Source: a virus
Taxonomy: Duplodnaviria > Caudoviricetes
IMG/VR virus record: IMGVR_UViG_3300010157_000145
Location: 1 to 34,820 of that record
Strand: one strand, 5' to 3'
DNA: 34,820 bases
How positions within the stretch are numbered: the first letter of the stretch is position 1; each line of letters opens with the position of its first letter. The notes under the pieces were generated by a model. It did no database searches and was not told where the DNA came from. It was given only the letters and a program-made list of their open reading frames with translations. The position numbers and the translations under genes are program-made. Below are positions 25,534 to 34,820 of the stretch, piece after piece.

Positions 25534-27678
25534 TTAGGCAACCAGCCCCACAAATCGGCTCAGAACCACTCGGCTGGACTTCTTTACACCGAGGAATTTG
25601 CCGAACTGCTTGGCTATGTTCTTTGCATTGTCTTTGGAGTCGATTATGAGGTCACCCTCCTCAATCTTCTGTTTGGACGCTGGAAGCAGATACAACTCAT
25701 CCCTACCTGTGTTTTCCACCAATGCGTAGTCATTCTGGCGGATTTCCTTGCGGAGTTGTTCAACCATGAGGTAGTGACCATTGTGCATGTCAGGAATATT
25801 GTGACGAATAAATCCATCAATACTACGACGACTGTTCTGAACAACATGGAAACCAATGGTCTTAATGTTGTAACGATCCTTGATGATTCGCAAGAACACA
25901 CGAGTTTGGTTAGATCCATTATCGTCTAAGGAATATTCTTTCTTTGTGATTGGATCGCGAACATAGTTCTTAACCTTTTGTTTCTCGTATGCATTGTTGT
26001 AGCGTGAAGTACGAATGTTACGCTCACCACCTGCTTGAAGCGAATGACCTTCACCATCAGTCAAAGTAATCAAAGACATTTTCTCAACAGAGTTGTTCTT
26101 GACAAACTTACCGATATAGTCAACAAGATAAACCAGTGACTCATTCAAAGGTGTACTGTTCAAACTGTAACTTCTATGGTAGTTGTATGGTTGGTTGTAA
26201 AACAAGTCAACCATCTGATTGAATTCAGTGTTAGACATTTTATTGTTGAAGAACTCGATCAGGTGAAAACTACTGTCAGAAAAGCCACCCATCATTGGGT
26301 CAACTTTTGCATTATCAGAGTATCGGTGTTCCCAAGAAACACTGTCATAGCCAGAGGTAAAGGCAAATACCTGATACGGAATTTGAATTCGTTGGCAGAA
26401 CATGGCAAGATTAATCACTTGTTTGATTGTGTCATGCATAACATCACACATTGAACCAGACCAGTCTAGCAAGAAAATCATGCCATGGTTTTTGTCCTCA
26501 GGAACAACATCAAGTTTCTTAAAGATGTCATCGGTCAAGGTATGAGCATACAGTTTACGAACATCGAGGTCACCTGATTTTGAAGTAGTGATACGCTTGT
26601 ATTCAGTTGCTGACTTACGCATCTCGAACTCTTTTACAAGATAGTTCACAACACGCATAGACTCAGTCTTAAATTTAAGCAAGGATGCGGCATCGCTGGC
26701 TACATAATCATCACCAACCTTTTGACCATGATAGTCATAGGTTCGTTGGTACTTCTTCATTTTCTCAGGTTTCAATTCTGAGAGTACTCGCTTGAAGTCA
26801 ATGATAACATCGCGAGATGTTTCCAACTTAGGAATAAAGTATTGAACCACAGTGGTAGTGTCGGCAAGTTCAGACAAGCGATCGTTGAACACACGCTGAG
26901 TTTTGGACTCTAGTTCTTCCTGTTCTTTCTCAGGTGTATCTGTATCAGCGTCAGGAGTTGACTGAGTAGTTCTGTTGTTAGAATTTTCATTGTCTTCCTG
27001 TTCAACTTCTTCGGCATAATCATTGTCAAAGTCATCAGGATCATCCATAAAATTGTCGAACTCAATTTCTTCTAGATCTTCAAGATCTTCACCATTAGAC
27101 TCACGAAGTTTTTTGAGTTCTTTCTGTTTGGCTTCGCGATCTTCTTTAGAAAAGGCATAAATTTCTCTAGCCAAATTATATACATCATCCATTGTGTCGC
27201 ACTGGTCAGTACGACGGACAAGTTCCATTTCGGCTGGTGTAAATTTTACACCACAGTTGAAACCACACTTGTAGTATAAGTTGATACGATCGATCAGTAG
27301 AAGTTTGGAAAGATCCTGACCTTGAACACCGAAGAAGTCTTTTTCGTTCAGTTGTTTGTAACCAGTGATGAATGCTTTGCGCAATCCAGGATACATGTTT
27401 TTGATTTTCTTTTCGATACGAACATCCTCAACCACATTCATATAACCATGAATGGTGCGGAAGTCTGGCTTTTCAACATGCTCAATGGTAGTGAAAAGTG
27501 CATGGCCAACTTCATGACCGATAAGCATTTCCTCTTGGTCAACAGACATATCTTTCCACATCGGAAGGGTCAATGTTCTGGTAACACTTTCAAATGATGC
27601 TGTTGAAACATTGGCTCGAATAACATTCAAGTTTTCGTTTGCCAAGAGTCTAGCCAGCAGGTCTTTAGAATTCATCAT
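25534..27678 (-). CDS. CobT-like protein: N-terminal HExxH metallopeptidase-like domain, acidic linker and VWA domain
   Basis: LIGHEVGHALFT, NVVEDVRIE, D/E-rich linker, SGDLD, FLLDWSGSM (MIDAS), TPLNE, LTDGEG; partner of the cobS-like gene. Confidence 0.85.
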   Translation of the reverse strand: MMNSKDLLARLLANENLNVIRANVSTASFESVTRTLTLPMWKDMSVDQEEMLIGHEVGHALFTTIEHVEKPDFRTIHGYMNVVEDVRIEKKIKNMYPGLRKAFITGYKQLNEKDFFGVQGQDLSKLLLIDRINLYYKCGFNCGVKFTPAEMELVRRTDQCDTMDDVYNLAREIYAFSKEDREAKQKELKKLRESNGEDLEDLEEIEFDNFMDDPDDFDNDYAEEVEQEDNENSNNRTTQSTPDADTDTPEKEQEELESKTQRVFNDRLSELADTTTVVQYFIPKLETSRDVIIDFKRVLSELKPEKMKKYQRTYDYHGQKVGDDYVASDAASLLKFKTESMRVVNYLVKEFEMRKSATEYKRITTSKSGDLDVRKLYAHTLTDDIFKKLDVVPEDKNHGMIFLLDWSGSMCDVMHDTIKQVINLAMFCQRIQIPYQVFAFTSGYDSVSWEHRYSDNAKVDPMMGGFSDSSFHLIEFFNNKMSNTEFNQMVDLFYNQPYNYHRSYSLNSTPLNESLVYLVDYIGKFVKNNSVEKMSLITLTDGEGHSLQAGGERNIRTSRYNNAYEKQKVKNYVRDPITKKEYSLDDNGSNQTRVFLRIIKDRYNIKTIGFHVVQNSRRSIDGFIRHNIPDMHNGHYLMVEQLRKEIRQNDYALVENTGRDELYLLPASKQKIEEGDLIIDSKDNAKNIAKQFGKFLGVKKSSRVVLSRFVGLVA

Positions 27679-27703
27679 AAATTATTCCTCAAGTTATAGA
27701 ATA

Positions 27704-27732
27704 ATTATACTCTTTTTCCTAATTAATAGCAA
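27704..27732 (-). promoter_or_regulatory. Sigma70-type promoter TTGCTA-17-TATAAT upstream of the cobT-like gene
   Basis: Near consensus with the same GTGCTTG..ATTAATT context. Confidence 0.75.
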
Positions 27733-27770
27733 GCACTTTTTGCAATCAAGGCTGTGCGGGACTTGCAGGA

Positions 27771-27793
27771 TACCCCTACAGGTTGTAGGGTTA
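27771..27793. repeat. 23-bp palindrome TACCCCTACA-GGT-TGTAGGGTTA (copy 3)
   Basis: 9/10 inverted repeat overlapping the gp46 stop codon. Confidence 0.85.
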
Positions 27794-29503
27794 TACAATG
27801 ACCGAGAAATCGTTTCGTTTTTCAAATTTTATGACTGATCTAAACTTGTCAAACAGCTGGTCACCCTTGTGCGAGATCACAAACACATTGGAATGTTCGC
27901 CCAGTGTGTTCATCAGGGTTAAGAAGTAGTCAGTCCCATTGACATCCAGCGATGAGTCAAAGATTTCATCCAGCATAAGCAGGTTTGTGTTGACAGAGTT
28001 CTTTAGTTTTGCAATCTGGCGCCATGTAAACAAGATAGCCAAGTCTATGCGCATCTTCTCACCCTCAGAGAAAGAAGCATAGGTAAACTCATCACGAAAT
28101 CTAGACTTGATTGTTTCGTTGAACGATTCATCTAACTCAAAGTGAATGTAAGAATCCATCTGGTTTAGATATTGGTTGATCAACTTGTTCATCACAGGTA
28201 GATACTCACGAATAATCGCAGTCTTGATACCAGTATCTCTCAACAAAGCAGATGCAACTTCCTGAAGTTCTTTAACAGAATCTAACTCTTTTCTGTTGTT
28301 AATGTTACTCAATGCTTCTTGAGCCAATACCTTTAACTTAATTTTTTCTTCATCAAGATTTGCTGTATCAGTTTTTGTACTTTCGATTTCCTCTTGTAAA
28401 CCTTTTATTTGTTTATTGAGTAGGGAGATCGCAGAGTTTTTAGTCGATAATTCAATATTCTTGTCGGTAATCTGCGATTGGACTTCAGTAATCTTACGTA
28501 GGTTTTCATTAAGACGGGAGAGAACTGTTTCGAGTTCACCAACTTTTCTGTTCTGTTCCACCAACTGCGAATTAAGTTCTTCGACAATGTTCGATTTATG
28601 TTCCTCAGGTATACCTTGTCTACATGAAGGGCAAACATCATGTGCGTTAAAGAATTCTGAGTTATGCTCACATGTTTCGATTTGTTGGAGAAATTTACTT
28701 CTGTATGACTTTGCTTTGTCGATATCTTCAGTAACATTTTCCTTGTCATTGATGCTCGCTTTAAGAGTATCGATCTCCTCCAAGATGGTAGATATCTCGC
28801 TCTCACTAGATAGAATCTCAGCAGTGTTAGAAGAAATTTTCGCTCTGATACTTTCGATGGCGCTAGTCTTTGCTTCAGAAATAGTTTTGATGATCGCTTG
28901 CTGATTCTCAACCCTTTCTTTGGCGAGTTTGAGATCCGATTCAACCTTGGTGATTTCATCTTTAGTTGCACTTACTTTCTCCTTGAGCAACGAATTCATA
29001 GTGGAGAAAATCTTAATGTCTAAGATGTCCTCAATAACTTCCCTACGCTGAGCAGATGACAACTGCATAAAGGGAACAAACGATGCGGATCCAAGAATAA
29101 CAACCTGAGTAAATGTCTTGTAGTTTAGACGAAGGATTTGTTGTTCAAGAATCTTTTGATAGTCTTTAGATGCAGCATCTTGATTAACCATGACACCATC
29201 AAGATAGATCTCAAAGATATTTGGTTTGATACCACGAATAATTTTATATTCTTTTTTGCCAATGGAAAACTCAATCTCAACAAGTGCGTTCTTGCCGTTG
29301 ATAGAGTTGATCATCTGATTCTTATTGATGTTTCTAAAAGGTTTTCCAAACAAACCAAAACACAAAGCATCGAGACAAGTGGACTTACCCTCACCATTCT
29401 TTCCAATGATAAGGGTAGTTGTTGATTTGTTTAGTAGCAGGGTATTCGGTTGATTGCCAGTGGATAGAAAATTCTTCCATGACAATTTTTTAAATACAAT
29501 CAT
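27791..29503 (-). CDS. 46: Recombination endonuclease ATPase subunit (gp46, Rad50/SbcC-like)
   Basis: KNFLSTG, GKNGEGKS, CPSC zinc hook, FSEGEKMRIDLA, LDEIFDSSLD, VISH. Confidence 0.96.
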   Translation of the reverse strand: MIVFKKLSWKNFLSTGNQPNTLLLNKSTTTLIIGKNGEGKSTCLDALCFGLFGKPFRNINKNQMINSINGKNALVEIEFSIGKKEYKIIRGIKPNIFEIYLDGVMVNQDAASKDYQKILEQQILRLNYKTFTQVVILGSASFVPFMQLSSAQRREVIEDILDIKIFSTMNSLLKEKVSATKDEITKVESDLKLAKERVENQQAIIKTISEAKTSAIESIRAKISSNTAEILSSESEISTILEEIDTLKASINDKENVTEDIDKAKSYRSKFLQQIETCEHNSEFFNAHDVCPSCRQGIPEEHKSNIVEELNSQLVEQNRKVGELETVLSRLNENLRKITEVQSQITDKNIELSTKNSAISLLNKQIKGLQEEIESTKTDTANLDEEKIKLKVLAQEALSNINNRKELDSVKELQEVASALLRDTGIKTAIIREYLPVMNKLINQYLNQMDSYIHFELDESFNETIKSRFRDEFTYASFSEGEKMRIDLAILFTWRQIAKLKNSVNTNLLMLDEIFDSSLDVNGTDYFLTLMNTLGEHSNVFVISHKGDQLFDKFRSVIKFEKRNDFSVIV

Positions 29504-29826
29504 TCACTCTTCCATTTCATACCCATAGACTTATAAATGAATCTTATTATAAAGTTGGGTTTCTTTTTAGACACAATAGTAATTGGCATAGCATCAACAT
29601 TAATAGTAAAGGATGGATTCCCAAGATTACAATTAGTTGTCAAGGTTGTCCAAGTAGCATTAGTACCACCATTCGAGATAAGATAACTACCAGACATAGC
29701 AGTGACAGAAGTTCTTGCTTGTTCGGCTCTCCACTCTTCAATCCATTTAAGACTTGGTGTATAATCTAAGTCAAGTTCAATCTGTTCCGTAAGCGGAAAG
29801 AAATAACTAATCTCAAGTTGCTTCAT
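29500..29826 (-). CDS. Hypothetical protein between gp47 and gp46
   Basis: 108 aa, translationally coupled at both ends; GAGG RBS. Confidence 0.65.
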   Translation of the reverse strand: MKQLEISYFFPLTEQIELDLDYTPSLKWIEEWRAEQARTSVTAMSGSYLISNGGTNATWTTLTTNCNLGNPSFTINVDAMPITIVSKKKPNFIIRFIYKSMGMKWKSE

Positions 29827-30881
29827 TATTCTACCTCTAAGTTTATTGCTTCCGTATAAAGAGATTTCATAAATGATTTAATCTTTTCTTTGTCGTAGTC
29901 AGTTTCAATTGAATCGACATAAGTCGATAACACATCAAGCGTATCTTCTAGATTAATGTCAGAATCAATTTCACCTTCACTATACTCAGAGAAGTTCTCA
30001 ATTATCTTTACTTCATATGGATTACTATCATAAACCTTAGTGATGAATTTGTCAAATTTATATAAGTCATTCTTGTTAACAACTATAACTTTTACGTATT
30101 TGTTTTTTAGATTATTGTATGACGAGATTGAGGGATCAACAAGGGAGTCGTCGTACTCAATTCGTTCGAACATCGTATAAGGATTTCCGATGAATTCGAG
30201 TTCTCTTGTTTGTAAATCGAACAAGTGAAATCCTCGGGGATCGTTAAAGTCTTGCCATGTAAGTTCGTATGGATTGCCCAGATAGTAAATATGACTATCA
30301 TTGCTACGATGATGGTAGTGACCACTGAAAACCATATCAAACTTTTTAAACAAATCCTTAGAAAGACCTTCATGACTTTCCATTCCTCTATACATTGCGA
30401 ACCCAGCAATTTCAAAGTGCCCCATGCAAACTTCTGCTTTGCTAGAATTAATTACTTGTAAACTTTCATCATAATTATCAGGACATATCCAAGGCACGAA
30501 ACATACTGATGTGTCATGAACGACTATGTCTGATGCCTTATTTATTAAAGCGATATTTGTATACTCAGCCAGTAGCAACTCTGGAGAATTGACTTCATTG
30601 GTATTCTTAAAGTAAGTGTCATGATTACCAGCGATCATGTAAACTTTGATATTTCGTTTTTCAAGTTGATCAAAGAACATCTTCTTTGAGCGATCAAGCG
30701 AATAGAAGTTTACATATTTGCGTCTATCAAAAGTGTCACCAAGAATAAGAACGCTGTCAATATCAGATGCGTCCAAAGTAGGAAAGAAAGTATTGTCATA
30801 GAATTGTTGATAAAAATCTAAAAAGGCAACACTATCATTTCTCGCACCGAAGTGCTGGTCTGTAATAATTGCTACTTTCAA
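29826..30881 (-). CDS. 47: Recombination endonuclease nuclease subunit (gp47, Mre11/SbcD-like)
   Basis: ITDQHFG, LGDTFDRR, AGNHD, GHFE, SGHYH. Confidence 0.96.
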   Translation of the reverse strand: MKVAIITDQHFGARNDSVAFLDFYQQFYDNTFFPTLDASDIDSVLILGDTFDRRKYVNFYSLDRSKKMFFDQLEKRNIKVYMIAGNHDTYFKNTNEVNSPELLLAEYTNIALINKASDIVVHDTSVCFVPWICPDNYDESLQVINSSKAEVCMGHFEIAGFAMYRGMESHEGLSKDLFKKFDMVFSGHYHHRSNDSHIYYLGNPYELTWQDFNDPRGFHLFDLQTRELEFIGNPYTMFERIEYDDSLVDPSISSYNNLKNKYVKVIVVNKNDLYKFDKFITKVYDSNPYEVKIIENFSEYSEGEIDSDINLEDTLDVLSTYVDSIETDYDKEKIKSFMKSLYTEAINLEVE

Positions 30882-32050
30882 ATGAAACCCACCTTTCGTT
30901 TAGTTGGTTTATTTGTTTGCGTATTAAAGATTTCAGCAATTGAAAACTCAACAACTTCACCAGCGTTGCGCTTTGGTACAGAACCACCAAGTTTATCAGC
31001 CAATTTATTTGCAGCGAACAAAGACAAAGGTTTGAACTCAACGATATCAAAGCAACGTCCTGGACGAGTCAAAGCAGAATCAATGTCACAGATAGAAGGT
31101 AGATTGGTAGAAAAGATCATCTTCTTACCTTTGGTAGTCACAAGACCATCACCGACATTAAGGAAACGATGCATCATTGTGTTACCATCACTGCGTGGCT
31201 TCAAGAAAGCATCACTATCTTCTAACACCATGACATTGTCATCAGATTCAATGAAGCGAGCAAAGAATCCATCTTTGTCTAGGATCGCACCATCGTAGGA
31301 CACAATCGCAGATGAGTTGGTATGAGCCAACAGACCACGGATAAAGGTAGTCTTACCAGTTCCTGGAGGTCCAATCAACAACAAAATATTTGCCGATGAT
31401 TCCATGTAACGATCATAGTAATCATTAAGTGGTTCACCATTCAGGAATGGATACATCTCATCACAAGGAAGACGATCGCGATTCAGTGGTACGTTAACAG
31501 ATTGACCATCACTACCATATACCCATTCGATGTGACAAGTAACTTGATCAAAATTTTCTTCAACGATCTCAACGATATCATCAACAAACGACTCATCACC
31601 AAACGCACGCACGTCAGTTGTGTTACTGTTTACTGAAAATTTAATAAGATTGTTTGATTCTTTTTCAACAATGAAACCATCTGAAGAGTTAGACTGAACA
31701 AAAAGATAATCTTTAAATTGATTCTCTGCCCAGTGTTGCCACTTCTCACGATTACAAAGCACAGAGGTATTACGAAACACAGTTGAAACACCTGCATCGG
31801 CACGACGCTTTAAAATTTCTGCTGTGATTAGATCTTCAACATCAGAAACACCCAAAAAGATTTTATCATTATCCATATTAATTTTACTCAAATTTAAAAT
31901 ATTATCTGCTGCATCCCAAGTATGTTTTTTGAGAAACTTCTTAGTTCTTTTCTTTTTTACAATTGTTCTTGACAACCCACGAAAAGATGGTCTTATACTT
32001 TTACTCAATTCTTTTAACCAATCATGAACTTCACTATTACTACGCTTCAT
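30878..32050 (-). CDS. Classical-clade AAA ATPase (BCS1-like)
   Basis: GPPGTGKT, VLEDSD, STNL...IDSALTRPGRCFD (second region of homology); alternative start MDNDK at 31876. Confidence 0.85.
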   Translation of the reverse strand: MKRSNSEVHDWLKELSKSIRPSFRGLSRTIVKKKRTKKFLKKHTWDAADNILNLSKINMDNDKIFLGVSDVEDLITAEILKRRADAGVSTVFRNTSVLCNREKWQHWAENQFKDYLFVQSNSSDGFIVEKESNNLIKFSVNSNTTDVRAFGDESFVDDIVEIVEENFDQVTCHIEWVYGSDGQSVNVPLNRDRLPCDEMYPFLNGEPLNDYYDRYMESSANILLLIGPPGTGKTTFIRGLLAHTNSSAIVSYDGAILDKDGFFARFIESDDNVMVLEDSDAFLKPRSDGNTMMHRFLNVGDGLVTTKGKKMIFSTNLPSICDIDSALTRPGRCFDIVEFKPLSLFAANKLADKLGGSVPKRNAGEVVEFSIAEIFNTQTNKPTKRKVGFI

Positions 32051-32610
32051 TACTCACTCACAAAATCATCTAAACTTGCTTCTTTCTTTTTACGTTTCTT
32101 TTCTTTTTTGCGTTCAATAAAATCATCAAAGGTATTATTCTGTTGCATAAACTCAGCATACGCATTATGAAATTCTCCACCTTCATCTTGATCTTGTAAC
32201 TCAAACATCTCAAAGGGCATTTCCTGTAGCATCTTACCCTTAATATATGTTTGTTTCTTCTCCTCGGCAATTCTTCTTAAGAACGCATAGTAGATAATTT
32301 GGGTGAAGTACGCAAAGGGATTGCTAGATTTTTCGGGATCAAAGTTATCGATATATTGTAGACAGTTTTGTATACCATCTAAAATCATATCTTCACGATA
32401 ACTATAATTAATAAAATTTGCTTTGTAGGAAAGATGGGTTCCAATTTTTAATAGGCATTCACCAATGTATGGTGTTACCATTGGCCAACCCTTGTCTTTT
32501 CTAGTCAGTCCTGCTTCTTTGGCAACGAGCACCTTGATTCGATACTCTTTCATTGCTTCAAGAAAGTCAGCGTTACTGACGTAGTGGGTTCCTTTGGCTT
32601 TTGTTGCCAT
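32050..32610 (-). CDS. 55: Late-transcription sigma factor (gp55)
   Basis: HYVSNADFL, YIGECLLKI, NFINYSYREDMILDG, NFDPEKSSNPFAYFTQI, C-terminal SLDDF. Confidence 0.96.
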   Translation of the reverse strand: MATKAKGTHYVSNADFLEAMKEYRIKVLVAKEAGLTRKDKGWPMVTPYIGECLLKIGTHLSYKANFINYSYREDMILDGIQNCLQYIDNFDPEKSSNPFAYFTQIIYYAFLRRIAEEKKQTYIKGKMLQEMPFEMFELQDQDEGGEFHNAYAEFMQQNNTFDDFIERKKEKKRKKKEASLDDFVSE

Positions 32611-32644
32611 ACTAATAAATCTCCATAATTATTCAACTCAGATA

Positions 32645-32673
32645 AGTATACTATAAAATGATTACAATAGCAA
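32645..32673 (-). promoter_or_regulatory. Sigma70-type promoter TTGCTA-17-TATACT upstream of gp55
   Basis: Near consensus with 17-bp spacer. Confidence 0.65.
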
Positions 32674-32753
32674 ATATTTAATACAAGAAAATAAATTTGC
32701 TTTTTGCTTGACGAAAGCGTATACTCTCGATGTAGGGTTTGAAAAAGTTATAA

Positions 32754-33224
32754 CTAATGTAGCGTTTCGTTACCTTCAACAAAGGTTTTGTTACCTTCTT
32801 CGGCTTCCTCTTCTATCTCCCCTGCTATTGCTCTCAGCTGTGCGATTGCACTATGAATATCCTCTATCTCCTCGAGAGCAGCACGATCTTCATCATCTTC
32901 CCAAATAAGTTCTTTGGCTTGCGGTGCCAGATTCACACCCTCATGGTTTCTTACAAGATGCACATAGTGAACAATGGCACGATCATGCAATTTAGAATCA
33001 AGAACAATATGAGTTTTGTTTAAGTGAACAACAGGCGATTCAAGAAACAGTGAGTATGGACCAGCAGTAACTTGTTCAGAAATACGATCATTGTTTGTAG
33101 AAACAAGATGAGTTTTGATTAACATAGGAAACTTAACAGTAACTGTAGTTTCGTTTTCTGATTCTTTGTATGCCATAAGTTGTTCGCCAGTAACCAATTT
33201 TAAATAAACGAATTCTTCGTTCAT
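32754..33224 (-). CDS. Conserved hypothetical protein between uvsW and gp55 (Sm-like N-terminus, acidic tail)
   Basis: YLKLVTGEQLMA; synteny typical of environmental T4-like phages. Confidence 0.75.
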   Translation of the reverse strand: MNEEFVYLKLVTGEQLMAYKESENETTVTVKFPMLIKTHLVSTNNDRISEQVTAGPYSLFLESPVVHLNKTHIVLDSKLHDRAIVHYVHLVRNHEGVNLAPQAKELIWEDDEDRAALEEIEDIHSAIAQLRAIAGEIEEEAEEGNKTFVEGNETLH

Positions 33225-34702
33225 AATTTTACCTCAACAATCTTGTAATTAAATTTTTCTTCGGAATAAGTTTTAAGTCTTTCACCAAAGTGATTCAGTG
33301 TATGATTTTTCCAAGACTTCCAACTTAAATCGTCTGCTAAGTCGTATAGATTGCACTCAGTTTTACCATTTTTTAATCTTAACCCACGACCGATACTTTG
33401 TAGGTTGCGGATCTTAGATTTGCTTGGCGATGCAAAGATTACATTTTCCAATGATGGGATATTAATTCCAGTACTAAAAGTACCAAAAGAAGCAACAATA
33501 ATCGCATCAGGCTCGCTCTCTGTAATCTTTCTAATTGCTTCTCTATCTTCTGTTTCAGTGGCACCAGAAACGAAGAATATTTTTCTTTTGTCATGCGCTT
33601 TATCTTTGATCATGTCAAACAAAATCTTACCATGTTTATTTACAAACTGGAAAAGGACTAGGGTGTTGCCTTCAGACTTCAACGCAAGGTTACAGATAAA
33701 ATTATTACGCTTTTCGTGTGATACAATAAAATCCATCTCATCAGCGTATTGATTATTCTTTCTACCCTGACGAGTTATATCATCATACTTCAGTAGTATA
33801 CATGTAATATTTAGTTTGGCCAGCGTTCCCGAATCCATTAATTCTTTTGTAGTTGTTACACGATGAGTTGGACCAAAGATTCCCTCAAGAACTAATTTAT
33901 GAACTTTCTTGTTATCAAGAGTTCCTGTAGTTCCGATACGGTATTTAACATGAGTAAGTTTACCCATAACTGTTGTAAGAGAGGTTGCTTTAAACTGATG
34001 CGCTTCATCACCAAAGATAACATCAAACTGATTGAACCATTGCTTATGTTGTTTGTAAACAGACTGCCATGTAGTAATTAACACATCGCCTGTTATATCT
34101 TTAGTGAAACCACTGTATAGTTTCTGAACATGACGATTAGTTTTCCAACCATTGGCAGAAGAGTAATCTTCAAAATCAGCGTATAGTTGCTCAACCAGCG
34201 AGGTAGTTGGCACAATAATAATACACTTGCGACTATTCTCTAAATGCCAACGCATTGTTGTATAAATGATAAATGATTTACCAGATGCGGTTGGCGATAG
34301 TAGTAGGGTTCTTTTTGTATCGAGAGCATGTTTAACAGCTTCGATTTGATAATCACGAATCTCGATTGGTTTACCATGACCATGGGGATTTAGCCATTGA
34401 GCAAATTCTGAAACTTGTTCAGATGTTATGCCTTCGTTGTTTCTTAAGTCGGCTGGTAGAGTTATCGCATAGTCATTACGAGTACAAAAATCTATGACAT
34501 AATTTATCAGACCAACATAAAGAGTCTTGCGTATAATATCGTACATCCGCACTTTACCATCCCAGAGTCTTGCTCTGTACTGCGGAGTAAACCTAGCACC
34601 TGGATACTCAAAGGTAAAGAAGTCTGACAGTTCTTGTTCTATGGACGGATCGTCAGCAAAGATACGAAGATGCACTTCATCAATTTTTTCAACTGTTATC
34701 AT
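33221..34702 (-). CDS. uvsW: SF2 helicase UvsW
   Basis: WDGKVRM, RDYQ, SPTASGKS, GDEAHQFKA, GTTGT, STGINIP, LQSIGRGLR. Confidence 0.96.
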   Translation of the reverse strand: MITVEKIDEVHLRIFADDPSIEQELSDFFTFEYPGARFTPQYRARLWDGKVRMYDIIRKTLYVGLINYVIDFCTRNDYAITLPADLRNNEGITSEQVSEFAQWLNPHGHGKPIEIRDYQIEAVKHALDTKRTLLLSPTASGKSFIIYTTMRWHLENSRKCIIIVPTTSLVEQLYADFEDYSSANGWKTNRHVQKLYSGFTKDITGDVLITTWQSVYKQHKQWFNQFDVIFGDEAHQFKATSLTTVMGKLTHVKYRIGTTGTLDNKKVHKLVLEGIFGPTHRVTTTKELMDSGTLAKLNITCILLKYDDITRQGRKNNQYADEMDFIVSHEKRNNFICNLALKSEGNTLVLFQFVNKHGKILFDMIKDKAHDKRKIFFVSGATETEDREAIRKITESEPDAIIVASFGTFSTGINIPSLENVIFASPSKSKIRNLQSIGRGLRLKNGKTECNLYDLADDLSWKSWKNHTLNHFGERLKTYSEEKFNYKIVEVKL

Positions 34703-34820
34703 GAGCCACTAATAAACTTTTTCCATTCAATAGAATTGCGTATCTGCCAATCCCTTGCTTTAATTTGATTCATAACTGAGTCAAGGAAATCTACAATACA
34801 TTGAATGTAGTTTGCTTTAA
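34699..34820 (-). CDS. uvsY: Recombination mediator UvsY, C-terminal part (partial)
   Basis: Hand translation ...VDFLDSVMNQIKARDWQIRNSIEWKKFISGS*; ATGA overlap with uvsW. Confidence 0.85.
   Translation of the reverse strand, partial: KANYIQCIVDFLDSVMNQIKARDWQIRNSIEWKKFISGS

Noticed and set aside
24053-27678. CobS/CobT as cobalamin-biosynthesis auxiliary genes
   Set aside because: No cobN or other cob genes are present; the family resemblance is to generic MoxR AAA+/VWA pairs
6361-27793. Palindromes as CRISPR repeats or transposon ends
   Set aside because: Only three copies, kilobases apart, with no spacer array and no transposase, integrase or cas gene in the window
28405-28971. 188-aa alternate-frame ORF inside gp46 (and similar nested minus-strand ORFs)
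   Set aside because: It lies wholly within a coiled-coil coding region whose codon bias leaves other frames open; no motif or RBS support
3-34712. Plus-strand ORFs of 60-160 aa in the track
   Set aside because: They are antisense shadows of well-supported minus-strand genes, with no recognisable motifs

Overview
This window is a ~35 kb segment of a T4-like (Tevenvirinae/Kyanoviridae-type) myophage genome, with every supported gene on the minus strand. Read in transcription order, the right two-thirds is the conserved replication/recombination block: uvsY (partial), uvsW, gp55, gp47, gp46, a CobT-like VWA/CobS-like AAA pair, gp45, gp44, gp62, regA, hsp20, a DexA-like exonuclease, gp43, uvsX and gp41. 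Directly after gp41 is a DNA-hypermodification pair, a TET/JBP-family 2OG-Fe(II) dioxygenase coupled to a GT-B glycosyltransferase, with no gp42 or C5-methyltransferase visible in the window. An HExxH metalloprotein and a PD-(D/E)xK nuclease follow. The left ~6.3 kb encodes proteins that mostly start with a T4 internal-protein-like capsid-targeting sequence and contain prohead-protease-like cleavage sites. These include a ligase-fold (KxDG) nucleotidyltransferase and an NMNAT/cytidyltransferase-like enzyme (both ~11-12% His), a degenerate paralog of the latter, modular polyproteins and an adjacent Dps, suggesting a virion-packaged enzyme cargo. Non-coding signals include near-perfect sigma70 promoters, late TATAAATA-like boxes, a thrice-repeated 23-bp palindrome next to promoters, and a ROSE-like structured leader on hsp20. 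All calls come from motif recognition and synteny by eye; no searches were run.
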